From Bacillota bacterium (GTDB taxonomy: Bacteria > Bacillota > Clostridia > Christensenellales > UBA1242), in contig WRAD01000003.1 of the NCBI GenBank assembly GCA_009780375.1, forward strand, positions 1 through 48,631: a stretch of DNA of 48,631 bases, read 5' to 3'. The translations under genes and the position numbers were made by a program. Position 1 is the first letter of the stretch. The number at the start of each line of letters is the position of its first letter. Shown in pieces: positions 8,031 through 17,176 of the stretch. The notes under the pieces are model-generated. The model searched no databases and had not been told where the DNA came from. It worked only from the letters and a program-made list of their open reading frames with translations.

Positions 8031-8231
8031 TTAGTTGTTTAGTAAGTTCCTAAGTCGTTGTTGAGTGTGAAGTAGTTCGTCGAGTTCTTCAAGATCTGCC
8101 AATCTTTTTCTTAGCCTTGAATTTTCTTTCTGAAGTTCCACTTTCTCAAGCCTCATAGCCCATACTTCTTTCGTGAATTGATCAAGCAACTTTGATACTG
8201 GACATTCACGCTTTTTTTGGTAAGTCGCCAT
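8031..8231 (-). CDS. Small coiled-coil (leucine-zipper-like) protein, first gene of the element block
   Basis: The ATG at 8231 is preceded by GGGGGAAG. The sequence is MATYQKKRECPVSKLLDQFTKEVWAMRLEKVELQKENSRLRKRLADLEELDELL. The ORF-track start at 8252 is upstream of the SD. Confidence 0.5.
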   Translation of the reverse strand: MATYQKKRECPVSKLLDQFTKEVWAMRLEKVELQKENSRLRKRLADLEELDELLHTQQRLRNLLNN

Positions 8232-8263
8232 TCTTCCCCCTTTTAACCTCAATTTGTAAATAC

Positions 8264-8292
8264 ATTTTAAGGTATAAGCGGTTGCAATTCAA
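8264..8292 (-). promoter_or_regulatory. Sigma-A-type promoter candidate driving the element's first operon
   Basis: The minus strand reads TTGAAT (8292..8287), a 17-nt spacer, then TAAAAT (8269..8264). It lies between the hslV terminator and the ORF at 8231. Confidence 0.4.
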
Positions 8293-8298
8293 TATGTA

Positions 8299-8329
8299 CA
8301 AAGAAAAACGCTACCTGTTAGATAGCGTT
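8299..8329 (-). terminator. Rho-independent terminator after hslV
   Basis: On the minus strand a 7-bp stem AACGCTA/TAGCGTT (8329..8323 and 8313..8307) with a 9-nt loop is followed by TTTCTTTG. Confidence 0.6.
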
Positions 8330-8350
8330 ATTTAAGATGTTTCAAAGGCT

Positions 8351-8893
8351 TTAAACCTCTTCGACAGTTATGTTTCCATTTGTAAACACGCAGAGTTCGC
8401 CCGCTATGCGAAGTGCCTCTTTGGTTATTTCAAGTGCAGAAAGTTTGGTATTTGCGGCCAAGGCCTTTGCGGCGGCAAAAGCATAGTTTCCGCCCGAACC
8501 AATCGCACAAATGCCTTTTTCTGGCTCGATTACGTTACCATCTCCAGAAATTATAAGAAGTTTTTCTTTGTCCGCGACAATCATCATGGCCTCAAGATTA
8601 CGAAGATATCTGTCACCGCGCCATGCCTTTGCAAGTTCCACCGCACCACGCATAAGATTGCCACTGAATTTCTGTAACATTTCCTCGAAACGATCACTTA
8701 GTGTGAATGCATCGGCAACGGACCCTGCGAAACCTACAATTACCTTGTTATCATACATTCTGCGAACTTTTACCGCGTTACCTTTAAGAATAACACTTTG
8801 TCCCATGGTTACTTGGCCATCACCCGCGATTACCGTTTTCCCGTCACGTTTTACCGCCACAATAGTTGTTCCATCCAGATGCATATTTGACAT
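8351..8893 (-). CDS. hslV: ATP-dependent protease subunit HslV (ClpQ/CodW)
   Basis: [45 protein letters not shown] matches the HslV N-terminal Thr and GDGQVT region, with a short B. subtilis CodW-type propeptide. The 180-aa length is typical. Confidence 0.85.
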   Translation of the reverse strand: MSNMHLDGTTIVAVKRDGKTVIAGDGQVTMGQSVILKGNAVKVRRMYDNKVIVGFAGSVADAFTLSDRFEEMLQKFSGNLMRGAVELAKAWRGDRYLRNLEAMMIVADKEKLLIISGDGNVIEPEKGICAIGSGGNYAFAAAKALAANTKLSALEITKEALRIAGELCVFTNGNITVEEV

Positions 8894-8961
8894 TTTGATT
8901 CTCCTTTTTGATTATAACACAGGGATTATCCAGTAATATAGATAATTTCTAATATCAGTAA

Positions 8962-11019
8962 TTATGAACACTCGCGATTATTGCATTTTTCTTTTTTATC
9001 TTTCGGATTAATTACAATAGCAGATCCACATCTTTCACAAAGTTTACCTGTTGGTTGATCCCATGCAACAAAGTCACAGTTTGGATATGATGAACAACCA
9101 AAGAAAATTTTTCCTTTTTTGCTTTTGCGTTTATAGATATCGCCTTTATGTGTATCTGCACATTTTGGACATTTACAAATTGGTTTGTCAAATGGCTTTG
9201 CATTACGGCATTCAGGAAAACCTGGACATGACAAAAATTTTCCAAATCTGCCTATACGCACAATCATCATCTGTCCACATTTTTCGCATGCTGTGTCAGA
9301 AATTTCGGTGGCTATTGTAATATTATCCTCACCTTCCATTGCCGTCTCGATATCTTTTTCAAATGGCTTATAAAATTCATCTATAACAGTTATCCATTCT
9401 CTTCCCTCATATGCAATTTCGTCAAGCTTTTCCTCAAGTCCTGCGGTGAATTCTATATTCATTATATTAATAAAATACTTTTCCAAAAGATCACAGATTA
9501 CAAAACCAAGCTCGGTTGGTTTAAGAACTTTGCCATCTTTTTCAATGTAATAGCGAGCAATTATATTTTGTATAATTGGATTGTATGTTGCAGGACGACC
9601 AATCCCAGCCTCTTCCATTGCTTTGACAAGTGTTGCTTCGGTATATCGTGCAGGTGGCTTTGTAAACTTTTGAGTGTATTCAAGTTTAATGAACTTTGGC
9701 GTGTCACCTTCAACAAGTTCAGGTAAACGCGATTGCTCTTCATCTGCTTCGTCTTCGTCTTTTACGTATAATACTCTCCATCCGTCAAATATTGGTGTAC
9801 GTCCACTTACACGAAATCCATAGCCATTTGCATCTATATCAACAGAAGTTGAATTATATGTTGCTTCGGTCATTTGAGACGCCAAGAAACGATTATATAT
9901 AAGCCTGTATAGTTTGGCTTGGTCGGCCTCTAGGAATTTTGAAACACGCTCGGGGGTAAGTTCAATATTGGTTGGTCTGATTGCTTCGTGAGCATCTTGT
10001 GCAGATTTTTTGCTTTTGTAAAAATTAAATTTTTCAGGGGCATATTCTTTACCAAAATTTGCAAGTATCCATTCTTTTGCCTGGGCCTGGGCATCTGGTG
10101 ATACGCGGACACTGTCTGTACGAATATAAGTTACAAGGGCGGTTTTTCCGTCTTCCCCAATATTAACACCTTCATAGAGCTGCTGTGCCGCACGTCCTGT
10201 TCGAGCAAGGCTCATACCTGCTTTGTTAAGGGCATCTTGTTGAAGAGAACTTGTTGTATATGGTGCAGGTGCATTAGAACGAGTAACGCTTTTCTTAACG
10301 GCGATGACCTTATAAGTTGCACCGTCTATTGCTTTTACCACAACGTCAACATCTTCTTTGTTTACAAGTTGAAGTTTTTTACCATCAAGCCCTGTTCTTA
10401 GAGATGCACGAAAACCGATGCTATCCTTTTCCAGATGTGAAAAGAAATCCCAGTATTCTTCTGGTTTGAAATTAACAATTTCGCGTTCACGTATACAAAC
10501 AAGTTTAAGTGTCACAGATTGAACACGTCCAGCGGATAATTTTGTCTTTTTGACCTTTTTACAGACAACAGGAGAAAGTTTATATCCAACAAGCCTGTCA
10601 AGAATCCTTCTTGCCTGTTGAGCATTAACCAAATCCATATCAATTGCACGTGGTTCAAGCAGAGCGTTTTGAATTGCTTTTTTTGTAATCTCGTTAAAAA
10701 CAATGCGTGTTGCATTTTGTGGTTTGATTCCTAGAATATGGGCAAGATGCCATCCAATTGCTTCTCCTTCTCGATCCGGGTCGGTTGCAATTAAAACTTC
10801 ACTTGCTTTTGCCGCTTTGTCTTTAAGTTTTTTTGCTTGCTCTTCTTTATCTTTCATGACTTTGTACTTTGGAGTATAGTTATTTTCAACATCAACAGAA
10901 AGAACCCTTTTTTGAAGGTCTCTAAGGTGCCCACCAGTTGCCATGACTTCGTAACCTGGTCCGAGATATTTTTTAATTGTATCTTTTTTACCAATACCCT
11001 CGATAATAACAAGTTTCAT
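8962..11019 (-). CDS. topA: DNA topoisomerase I
   Basis: 685 aa. Toprim N-terminus (MKLVIIEG..., DPDREGEAI), type IA core (RVQSVTLKL, YIRTDS) and C-terminal CxxC zinc ribbons. Confidence 0.95.
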   Translation of the reverse strand: MKLVIIEGIGKKDTIKKYLGPGYEVMATGGHLRDLQKRVLSVDVENNYTPKYKVMKDKEEQAKKLKDKAAKASEVLIATDPDREGEAIGWHLAHILGIKPQNATRIVFNEITKKAIQNALLEPRAIDMDLVNAQQARRILDRLVGYKLSPVVCKKVKKTKLSAGRVQSVTLKLVCIREREIVNFKPEEYWDFFSHLEKDSIGFRASLRTGLDGKKLQLVNKEDVDVVVKAIDGATYKVIAVKKSVTRSNAPAPYTTSSLQQDALNKAGMSLARTGRAAQQLYEGVNIGEDGKTALVTYIRTDSVRVSPDAQAQAKEWILANFGKEYAPEKFNFYKSKKSAQDAHEAIRPTNIELTPERVSKFLEADQAKLYRLIYNRFLASQMTEATYNSTSVDIDANGYGFRVSGRTPIFDGWRVLYVKDEDEADEEQSRLPELVEGDTPKFIKLEYTQKFTKPPARYTEATLVKAMEEAGIGRPATYNPIIQNIIARYYIEKDGKVLKPTELGFVICDLLEKYFINIMNIEFTAGLEEKLDEIAYEGREWITVIDEFYKPFEKDIETAMEGEDNITIATEISDTACEKCGQMMIVRIGRFGKFLSCPGFPECRNAKPFDKPICKCPKCADTHKGDIYKRKSKKGKIFFGCSSYPNCDFVAWDQPTGKLCERCGSAIVINPKDKKEKCNNRECS

Positions 11020-11068
11020 ACGTTAATCCCTTTAATATTAATTATTTGTTTTGTTGCGGGAGTTATGA

Positions 11069-12157
11069 CTAGGTCTTTTTGTAATAATTGCCTGCCAGTT
11101 TTTTAATTAAACCACTCATCTCCATATTTGTCAACAAAGTTGAGAGTTTGTGTACAGGCAATCCAATTTCTTCAATAAGCCCGTCAAAATGTACCTCTTT
11201 ATTGCCTATTGTGTCAAGCACTTGTTTTTCATCAAATGAGAGTTGTATAAAAGCGTTTTCCCGTTGCGGTGATTTTTCATATACACCAAATGCATCAAGC
11301 ACATCTTGGGCATTTGTTGCAATTGCCCCGCCTTCTTTTATAAGTTGGTTCGTTCCCCTTGACACGTAACTTGTAATTGGTCCAGGCACCGCATATACAT
11401 CAATGCCTACGTCCTGGGCACATTTCATTGTTATCATTGTACCGCTTTTCAAATCTGCCTCTACAATTACAAGTGCGTTTGATAATGCTGCAACAATTCG
11501 GTTACGTTGAGGGAAAGTAAATTTTGCACCTGAGAAATTAGGCAAATATTCTGATAACACAAGACCGTATTTTGTAATCTTTTGCTGGAGCCCTGTATTT
11601 GACGCCGGATAAAAAGTATTTATACCATTACCCAAGACCGCAATTGTATGTAATAGAATTTTTGAATCTGGAGACTTGTCTTGTTTTAAATCAAAAGATT
11701 TAATTGCACCTAGATGAGCATGTGTATCTATTCCATCGGCAAGCCCTGAAATAACCACAATGCCCTTATCTGCAAATTTCTTTGCAAAATCTTTTGCAAC
11801 CTCTTCGCCGTAATGCGTACATTTGCGTGTGCCTATTATTGCCACAGCAGATTTGGTTAAAAGTTCCAAATTGCCTCGCGCATATAACACAAGTGGTGGA
11901 TTTTCCAGATTACGCAAACGATATGGATAGGTCTTTGATTCGCGAGTAATTACATGAATTTCTTGGTCATAAAGGTTTTTAATAAACGATTTTAATAAAT
12001 CTTTATCACACATTGACAAGATTTTTTCAAAACGTTTCGCATTTTGTTCGTCTTTATAAGTCCCAAGCATTTGCTTGAAGAGTTCCAAGTTTTCAAATTC
12101 CCTAGATATTGCAATCAATGCAAGTTCAGCAATTGTAAAGTTTTCATATGTGTTCAT
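11069..12157 (-). CDS. dprA: DNA-processing protein DprA/Smf
   Basis: GLADGIDTHAH, FPQRNRIVAALS and VIVEADLKSGTMIT motifs typical of DprA. The dprA-topA order is conserved in Firmicutes. Confidence 0.9.
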   Translation of the reverse strand: MNTYENFTIAELALIAISREFENLELFKQMLGTYKDEQNAKRFEKILSMCDKDLLKSFIKNLYDQEIHVITRESKTYPYRLRNLENPPLVLYARGNLELLTKSAVAIIGTRKCTHYGEEVAKDFAKKFADKGIVVISGLADGIDTHAHLGAIKSFDLKQDKSPDSKILLHTIAVLGNGINTFYPASNTGLQQKITKYGLVLSEYLPNFSGAKFTFPQRNRIVAALSNALVIVEADLKSGTMITMKCAQDVGIDVYAVPGPITSYVSRGTNQLIKEGGAIATNAQDVLDAFGVYEKSPQRENAFIQLSFDEKQVLDTIGNKEVHFDGLIEEIGLPVHKLSTLLTNMEMSGLIKKLAGNYYKKT

Positions 12158-12229
12158 TATTCTTTAATTATACATCAATAACAAAGATTTGCACGCAACA
12201 AAACCAAAATATTTTATAAAATAATGAAG

Positions 12230-13789
12230 TTAAACCTTGTATTTGCGATCAAGTGAACGATATGAAACCGCCTCGATGATATGGTCCGAAGTTATATTTT
12301 GAGAATTTTCCATATCGGCAATGGTGCGAGCAACACGAAGGATTCTGGTATATGCGCGGGCTGAAAGAGAGAGTTTTTCAAATGCATCCTTAAGCACACG
12401 TTCAGAATCTCTATCAAGAATACAATATAATTTTGTTTCCACTTCTGTCATTTTGGCGTTACAAAATATTTCGGTTTCACCAGTATTTTTCACGGAATTG
12501 GCCTTAAAACGATCAACTTGTATTTGGCGTGCACAATCAACGCGAGACTTTACATCTGCACTTGTCTCAGAAGTCGAAGTCGACGCAAGATCGTCATACG
12601 TTATGTTATCGACCTCTATATGAAGATCGATTCTGTCCATAAGTGGACCTGACAGTTTTGATAGATATTTATGAATTATATTTGGGCGGCATGAACATTT
12701 TTGAACACGAGAACCATAGTTTCCACAGGGACATGGATTCATACTTGCAACAAGTGTGAACCCCGCCGGATAATTCACGGTTGAATGAGCACGTGCGATT
12801 GTTATTGCATTATCTTCAAGTGGTTGGCGAAGCATTTCAAGTGACGCACGTGGATATTCAGGCATTTCATCAAGAAAGAGTACACCATGATGAGCAAGTG
12901 AAATTTCACCAGGCTTTGAATTAGAACCTCCGCCTGCAAGTGCAACAAGCGAAGCGGTGTGATGAGGGGTTCTGAATGGGCGGGTTGCAACTATGCCTTT
13001 GCCCGCGTCAAGTGTTCCAGCAATACTGTGAATTTTTGAAACCTCTATACTTTCTTGAAATGATATATCTGGCAATATAGTGGGAAAACATTTTGCAAGC
13101 ATGGTCTTACCACTTCCTGGCGGACCAATCAATAAAATGTTATGGCCACCGGCCGCCGCAATTTCAAGTGCCCTTTTTGCGATAAACTGGCCCCTTACAT
13201 ATTTTAAATCAAGTGGGTACTTTGCATCATTCTGCACTTCGGTAAAATCTCGTTTTATTACCGAATCAAGTGCCTTTTCTCCGTTAAGTGCATTTACAAC
13301 CTCTTTAAGAGTTGATGCAATAAACACAGTTATGCCATGAATAAACGAAGCCTCATGAGCATTTGCATGAGGTATAATAACCTTTTTAATTCCTTGCTTT
13401 TGTGCAGAAATCAAGATTGGTAATATGCCTTTGACCGAGCGAATTTCTCCATCAAGCCCAAGCTCTCCAATAAATGCAAATTCTGAAACTTTTTCATCAT
13501 AAATTAATTCATTTGTACAAAGCAAGAGGCCTATTGCAATTGGCAAATCGTATAATGCACCCTCTTTACGCGTATCGGCAGGTGCAAGGTTAACTACTAT
13601 TTTTTGTGATGGAAATGACAAGCCACTGTTGCGAATTGCGGACTCTACCCTTTCCTTGCTTTCCTTAACCGTTGCATTAGGAAGACCTACCAAGTGATAT
13701 TTAGGCAATCCTCTACTTGTGTCTACCTCGACATCAACAATATATCCATCAATGCCTGTTATACCAAAACTTTTAACTTTATGTATCAT
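12230..13789 (-). CDS. comM: Mg-chelatase-like AAA+ protein YifB/ComM
   Basis: Lon-protease-like N-domain, Walker A GPPGSGKTMLA, Walker B VLFLDE and a ChlI-type C-terminus. The ORF-track start at 13825 is a TTG, so I use the ATG at 13789 (MIHKVKSFGITG). Confidence 0.88.
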   Translation of the reverse strand: MIHKVKSFGITGIDGYIVDVEVDTSRGLPKYHLVGLPNATVKESKERVESAIRNSGLSFPSQKIVVNLAPADTRKEGALYDLPIAIGLLLCTNELIYDEKVSEFAFIGELGLDGEIRSVKGILPILISAQKQGIKKVIIPHANAHEASFIHGITVFIASTLKEVVNALNGEKALDSVIKRDFTEVQNDAKYPLDLKYVRGQFIAKRALEIAAAGGHNILLIGPPGSGKTMLAKCFPTILPDISFQESIEVSKIHSIAGTLDAGKGIVATRPFRTPHHTASLVALAGGGSNSKPGEISLAHHGVLFLDEMPEYPRASLEMLRQPLEDNAITIARAHSTVNYPAGFTLVASMNPCPCGNYGSRVQKCSCRPNIIHKYLSKLSGPLMDRIDLHIEVDNITYDDLASTSTSETSADVKSRVDCARQIQVDRFKANSVKNTGETEIFCNAKMTEVETKLYCILDRDSERVLKDAFEKLSLSARAYTRILRVARTIADMENSQNITSDHIIEAVSYRSLDRKYKV

Positions 13790-13845
13790 TAATACTAATC
13801 TAGCGATATTTGTAGAAATTTGCAAATGAATTTACAAGTTTTGTA

Positions 13846-13874
13846 TTGACAATAACTATATTTAATGTTATTAT
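13846..13874 (+). promoter_or_regulatory. Sigma-A-type promoter
   Basis: TTGACA (13846..13851), a 17-nt spacer, then TATTAT (13869..13874), upstream of the ORF starting at 13959. Confidence 0.5.
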
Positions 13875-13958
13875 ATTATGTTTTCACCCCGCATAAGGTA
13901 CGGGCAAATTTATCTGACTTTAATAACTGCGAAAAGCAGAAAGAAAGGAAGTAGACAA

Positions 13959-14333
13959 ATGTCTAATTTGAAAAACAATCCTAGTTTCCAAGATGATTTG
14001 GCAAGGACAAGTTTAATTGCCTTTGTCAATGCATTGCATCCATCAAACGGTGCAAAAAAGCCAATTCTCAAAATTATTGGCTTGATCGAGACAAATACTT
14101 TGACTTATTACTACATGGCATCAATCACAAGTCCATTCTATTTTATGAGCATTGCTAATGATCATAAACAATGGAAAAGTGCTTGTGAGGCACTCAGGAA
14201 ACATATCAAAAATCTTGAGCAATTAGATTGCCCACAAGAAGTCATAGTAATTTTGAAAAGATTTGTCAAAAAAGTTACAGACAGGTACTCACCTAATAGC
14301 CTGTTCTCACCAGGCAGAAAAGTAGGGTGTTAA
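13959..14333 (+). CDS. Hypothetical protein (124 aa)
   Basis: The ATG at 13959 follows GAAAGGAAG. The ORF is followed by a clean terminator. No recognised motif. Confidence 0.5.
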   Translation: MSNLKNNPSFQDDLARTSLIAFVNALHPSNGAKKPILKIIGLIETNTLTYYYMASITSPFYFMSIANDHKQWKSACEALRKHIKNLEQLDCPQEVIVILKRFVKKVTDRYSPNSLFSPGRKVGC

Positions 14334-14349
14334 CCTGAGTAACACTAAG

Positions 14350-14375
14350 AAGAGCGATTGATTCGCTCTTTTTTA
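14350..14375 (+). terminator. Rho-independent terminator
   Basis: Stem AAGAGCG/CGCTCTT with loop ATTGATT, followed by a T-run. Confidence 0.75.
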
Positions 14376-14376
14376 T

Positions 14377-14418
14377 AGTCTAGGAAATTATACATTCGTG
14401 GACATTAAGGAAAAGATT
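14377..14418 (+). repeat. Intergenic repeat, copy A (agtctaggaaattatacattcgtggacattaaggaaaagatt)
   Basis: Matches 21892..21932 with one indel and one mismatch, in the same orientation. Confidence 0.8.
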
Positions 14419-14423
14419 TAATA

Positions 14424-16475
14424 TCAGATCATTGATTTGACAAGTTCAACCACATTCTCGACGGTAAAGCCTAAGTGTTGAAGAACATCTGCATCAGAAC
14501 CGGAAAAACCGAATGTATCAAACCCTAGGATTTTAGATTTTGGGTTTGTACCCAGATATTTATGCCAATATGCAGAATGTGCCATTTCGATTATCAAGGT
14601 TGGAAACATCGAGTTGCCATTTTGGTCTTTACAAAGAACTTGGCTTTTATACTCTTCTGATTGATAATCAAACAATTGCGGACACGGCATGGACACCACA
14701 TTTGTTGCTATATTTTCTTTTGCCAGAATTTGCTGGGCCTGCAACGCAAGGGCAACCTCTGTGCCTGTTGCAACAATAAGTATACGTGCGGTTGGCATAT
14801 TATTATTTGCAAGTGACTTTGACAAAGTATAGCCACCTTTTGATGCAAGTTCCATTCTTTGGGTGGCTGTTATATCGGCGAATTCATTTGTAAGTGTTTG
14901 TGCACCACCACGACTTAGAATAGATGTTGCCGGAATATTTTGTGAATAGATATAATTGAAAGATGCGGCGGTTTCAAGTTCATCACATGGACGGAATACC
15001 GTCATATTTGGGATTAAACGAAGTGCAGTGATATGTTCAGAACATTGGTGTGTTGGTCCATCTGGAGTGTTACCAAGTCCATCATGTGTAAAGATATAAT
15101 GAACCGGTGCACCCATAAGTGCAGACATGCGAATTGATGGGCGTGCATAATCAGAGAACGCAAGAAAAGTTGAACAATATGCAGAAAACCCATGTAACGC
15201 AAGTCCATTGCAAATTGCCGCCATTGCATGCTCACGTACGCCAAATGCAATATCCGTTCCTTGCGGGTTATCATTGCTGAAAAGATTTAATGGACTTATA
15301 AATGCTTTTGTTGTTGATGCAACATCTGCACTTCCACCGAACAGACGTGGGCTCTGTGTCGAAAGTTGTGTCAAAAATTGATTGCCAAAGTCTCGAATTG
15401 CAAGTGACTTGGTTGTTAAAGAAAGATTAAATTTTGATAAATTATTTATAACAGGAGTTAAATCTTCACCCTCGTATTTTCGTTTTGCATTAACAAATTC
15501 AAGCAACTCGTTATATTCTTTTGGATATTCAGCCTTGTAAGATTCAAGTTTTATACGCCAACTTGAATCTGCACCTTGCTTTTCTTTGGCAAGTGTTTCA
15601 AAATGTTTGGCTACATCAATGTCGACACTTAGAAACCCTAGGTCAAGACCCCATTCTTTACGAAGGGCGAGTGTTTCATCTTTTGACAAAACCACACCAT
15701 GGGCCTTTGACGTACCTTTGACATGTGAACCATAACCAATTGTTGTATTGCAAATTACAACTGTTGGTGCATCTGGCGATTGCTTTGCGGCGATAATTGC
15801 ATTTATAATAGATTGCGAGTCATTGGCATTCTGGACATCAATAACATTCCAACCAACCGATTTAAAACGCAACACTACATCTTCTGCGTCCGCCGATGCA
15901 CGTGTACCATCCAATGTTATTTGGTTACTGTCATAAAGCATAATGAGTTTATTAAGTTTCCAAAGACCTGCCAAATTAATTGCCTCGTATGCCACACCTT
16001 CCATAAGGCACCCATCGCCCGCCACACAATAAGTGTAATGATTAATAATTTCGTAACCAGGTCGATTAAATGTCGCAGATAATTTCTTTTCTGCAAGTGC
16101 AAGTCCTACACTCGTTGCAACACCTTGACCAAGTGGTCCGGTACTTGCATCAATACCTTTTTCTTCGTTTACTTCGGGATGCCCATGCAGTGCAGAACCA
16201 AATTTGCGAAATGTTTTAAGATCATCACGCGATACAGGAAAGCCAAACAGGTGCAATGTTGCATATAATAATGCACTTCCATGTCCTGCACTTAAAACAA
16301 AGCGATCGCGGTTAAAGTATGATGGATTTTGGTTATCAAAATTCATGTTTTTGTATGCGGCATATAAAAGAGGTGCGGCACCAAGGGCGATTCCGCCGTG
16401 ACCACTGTTTGCGTTTGTAATCGTTTCTGCAGCAAGAATTCTTAATGTACTTGTTGATTTTTGAATGATGTCCAT
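14424..16475 (-). CDS. tkt: Transketolase
   Basis: 683 aa. N-terminal NSGHGG, TPP-binding GDGCLMEGV, and pyrimidine-binding and C-terminal domains in one polypeptide. Confidence 0.95.
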   Translation of the reverse strand: MDIIQKSTSTLRILAAETITNANSGHGGIALGAAPLLYAAYKNMNFDNQNPSYFNRDRFVLSAGHGSALLYATLHLFGFPVSRDDLKTFRKFGSALHGHPEVNEEKGIDASTGPLGQGVATSVGLALAEKKLSATFNRPGYEIINHYTYCVAGDGCLMEGVAYEAINLAGLWKLNKLIMLYDSNQITLDGTRASADAEDVVLRFKSVGWNVIDVQNANDSQSIINAIIAAKQSPDAPTVVICNTTIGYGSHVKGTSKAHGVVLSKDETLALRKEWGLDLGFLSVDIDVAKHFETLAKEKQGADSSWRIKLESYKAEYPKEYNELLEFVNAKRKYEGEDLTPVINNLSKFNLSLTTKSLAIRDFGNQFLTQLSTQSPRLFGGSADVASTTKAFISPLNLFSNDNPQGTDIAFGVREHAMAAICNGLALHGFSAYCSTFLAFSDYARPSIRMSALMGAPVHYIFTHDGLGNTPDGPTHQCSEHITALRLIPNMTVFRPCDELETAASFNYIYSQNIPATSILSRGGAQTLTNEFADITATQRMELASKGGYTLSKSLANNNMPTARILIVATGTEVALALQAQQILAKENIATNVVSMPCPQLFDYQSEEYKSQVLCKDQNGNSMFPTLIIEMAHSAYWHKYLGTNPKSKILGFDTFGFSGSDADVLQHLGFTVENVVELVKSMI

Positions 16476-16560
16476 TTTTGTTCTCCTTATGCCTGATTAT
16501 ACAACAAGTTTTCAAAAATACATGCAAAGAAAAACCATAAACATGGATATTTGTATATAC

Positions 16561-17136
16561 CTAAACCTCGAGAATATCAACTTCTTTTTTAGAAAGCAGA
16601 TTATCGAGAGATGAAATATACGTATCAAGAAGTTTTTGAACGTCTTTTTCAATGAGTAACTGGTCATCTTCGGAGAGTTTTTCTTCTTTAACAATTTTTT
16701 TAAGATTGTCAAGTGCGGCACGACGATCATTTCTCATTGAAACTTTGCCATTTTCTGCGATTTGTTTGACTTGTTTAACAAGTTCTTTTCTTCGCTCGGC
16801 GGTAAGTTGTGGGAAAATCATACGAATAATTCGACCGTCATCAATTGGATTTGCACCCAAATTTGCATTTTCAAGGGCACGAGAAGTTTCACGAATGATG
16901 GCTGTATCCCACAAGTTAATAACGACGGTTCGAGAATCCGCACAAGAGATATTGGCAAGATTTTTAATAGGCGTAGGCGTACCAAAATAATCAACCATCA
17001 CACGTTCAACAATACCAGTGTTAACTCGGCCTGCTCTAATAAGCGAAAATTCGCTTTTCACATGGTTTGCACGTTCTCCAAGTTTTTCTTCCAAATCAAG
17101 CATCAGCATATTTATGTTTTCATTAAGATAATCCAT
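16561..17136 (-). CDS. frr: Ribosome recycling factor
   Basis: 191 aa. FSLIRAGRVNTGIVERVMVDYFGTPTPIKNLANIS and LTAERRKELVKQVK are typical of RRF. Confidence 0.95.
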   Translation of the reverse strand: MDYLNENINMLMLDLEEKLGERANHVKSEFSLIRAGRVNTGIVERVMVDYFGTPTPIKNLANISCADSRTVVINLWDTAIIRETSRALENANLGANPIDDGRIIRMIFPQLTAERRKELVKQVKQIAENGKVSMRNDRRAALDNLKKIVKEEKLSEDDQLLIEKDVQKLLDTYISSLDNLLSKKEVDILEV

Positions 17137-17176
17137 GCTTTATATTATCAGTTTTTTAAAAGGTTGGCAAGTAATT

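Larger units (their letters stand above)
1..8300 (-). mobile_element. Putative integrated inovirus-like (filamentous-phage-like) element, truncated by the left window edge
   Basis: Uninterrupted minus-strand array of short ORFs with ATGA-type or few-nt overlaps and strong SD sites, none resembling housekeeping genes. A Zot/pI-like ATPase (894..1796) is preceded by five N-terminally TM-anchored ORFs, including a 56-aa hydrophobic ORF. The block starts right after the hslV terminator, where hslU is expected. The right boundary is approximate and the left boundary lies outside the window. Confidence 0.55.

Noticed and set aside
8253-8300. Possible dif/XerCD-type site at the element boundary, since filamentous phages often use dif
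   Set aside because: Comparison by eye with the B. subtilis and E. coli dif arms (TTATGTAAACT / TTATGTTAAAT) shows no convincing match.
8511-8936. 141-aa plus-strand ORF antisense to hslV. Similar antisense ORFs include 2179..2586, 7415..7708, 16652..17202, 22446..22886, 27159..27542, 39847..40659 and 47967..48383.
   Set aside because: Each lies within and opposite to a gene with clear family motifs or coupling signals. They are frame shadows, not genes.
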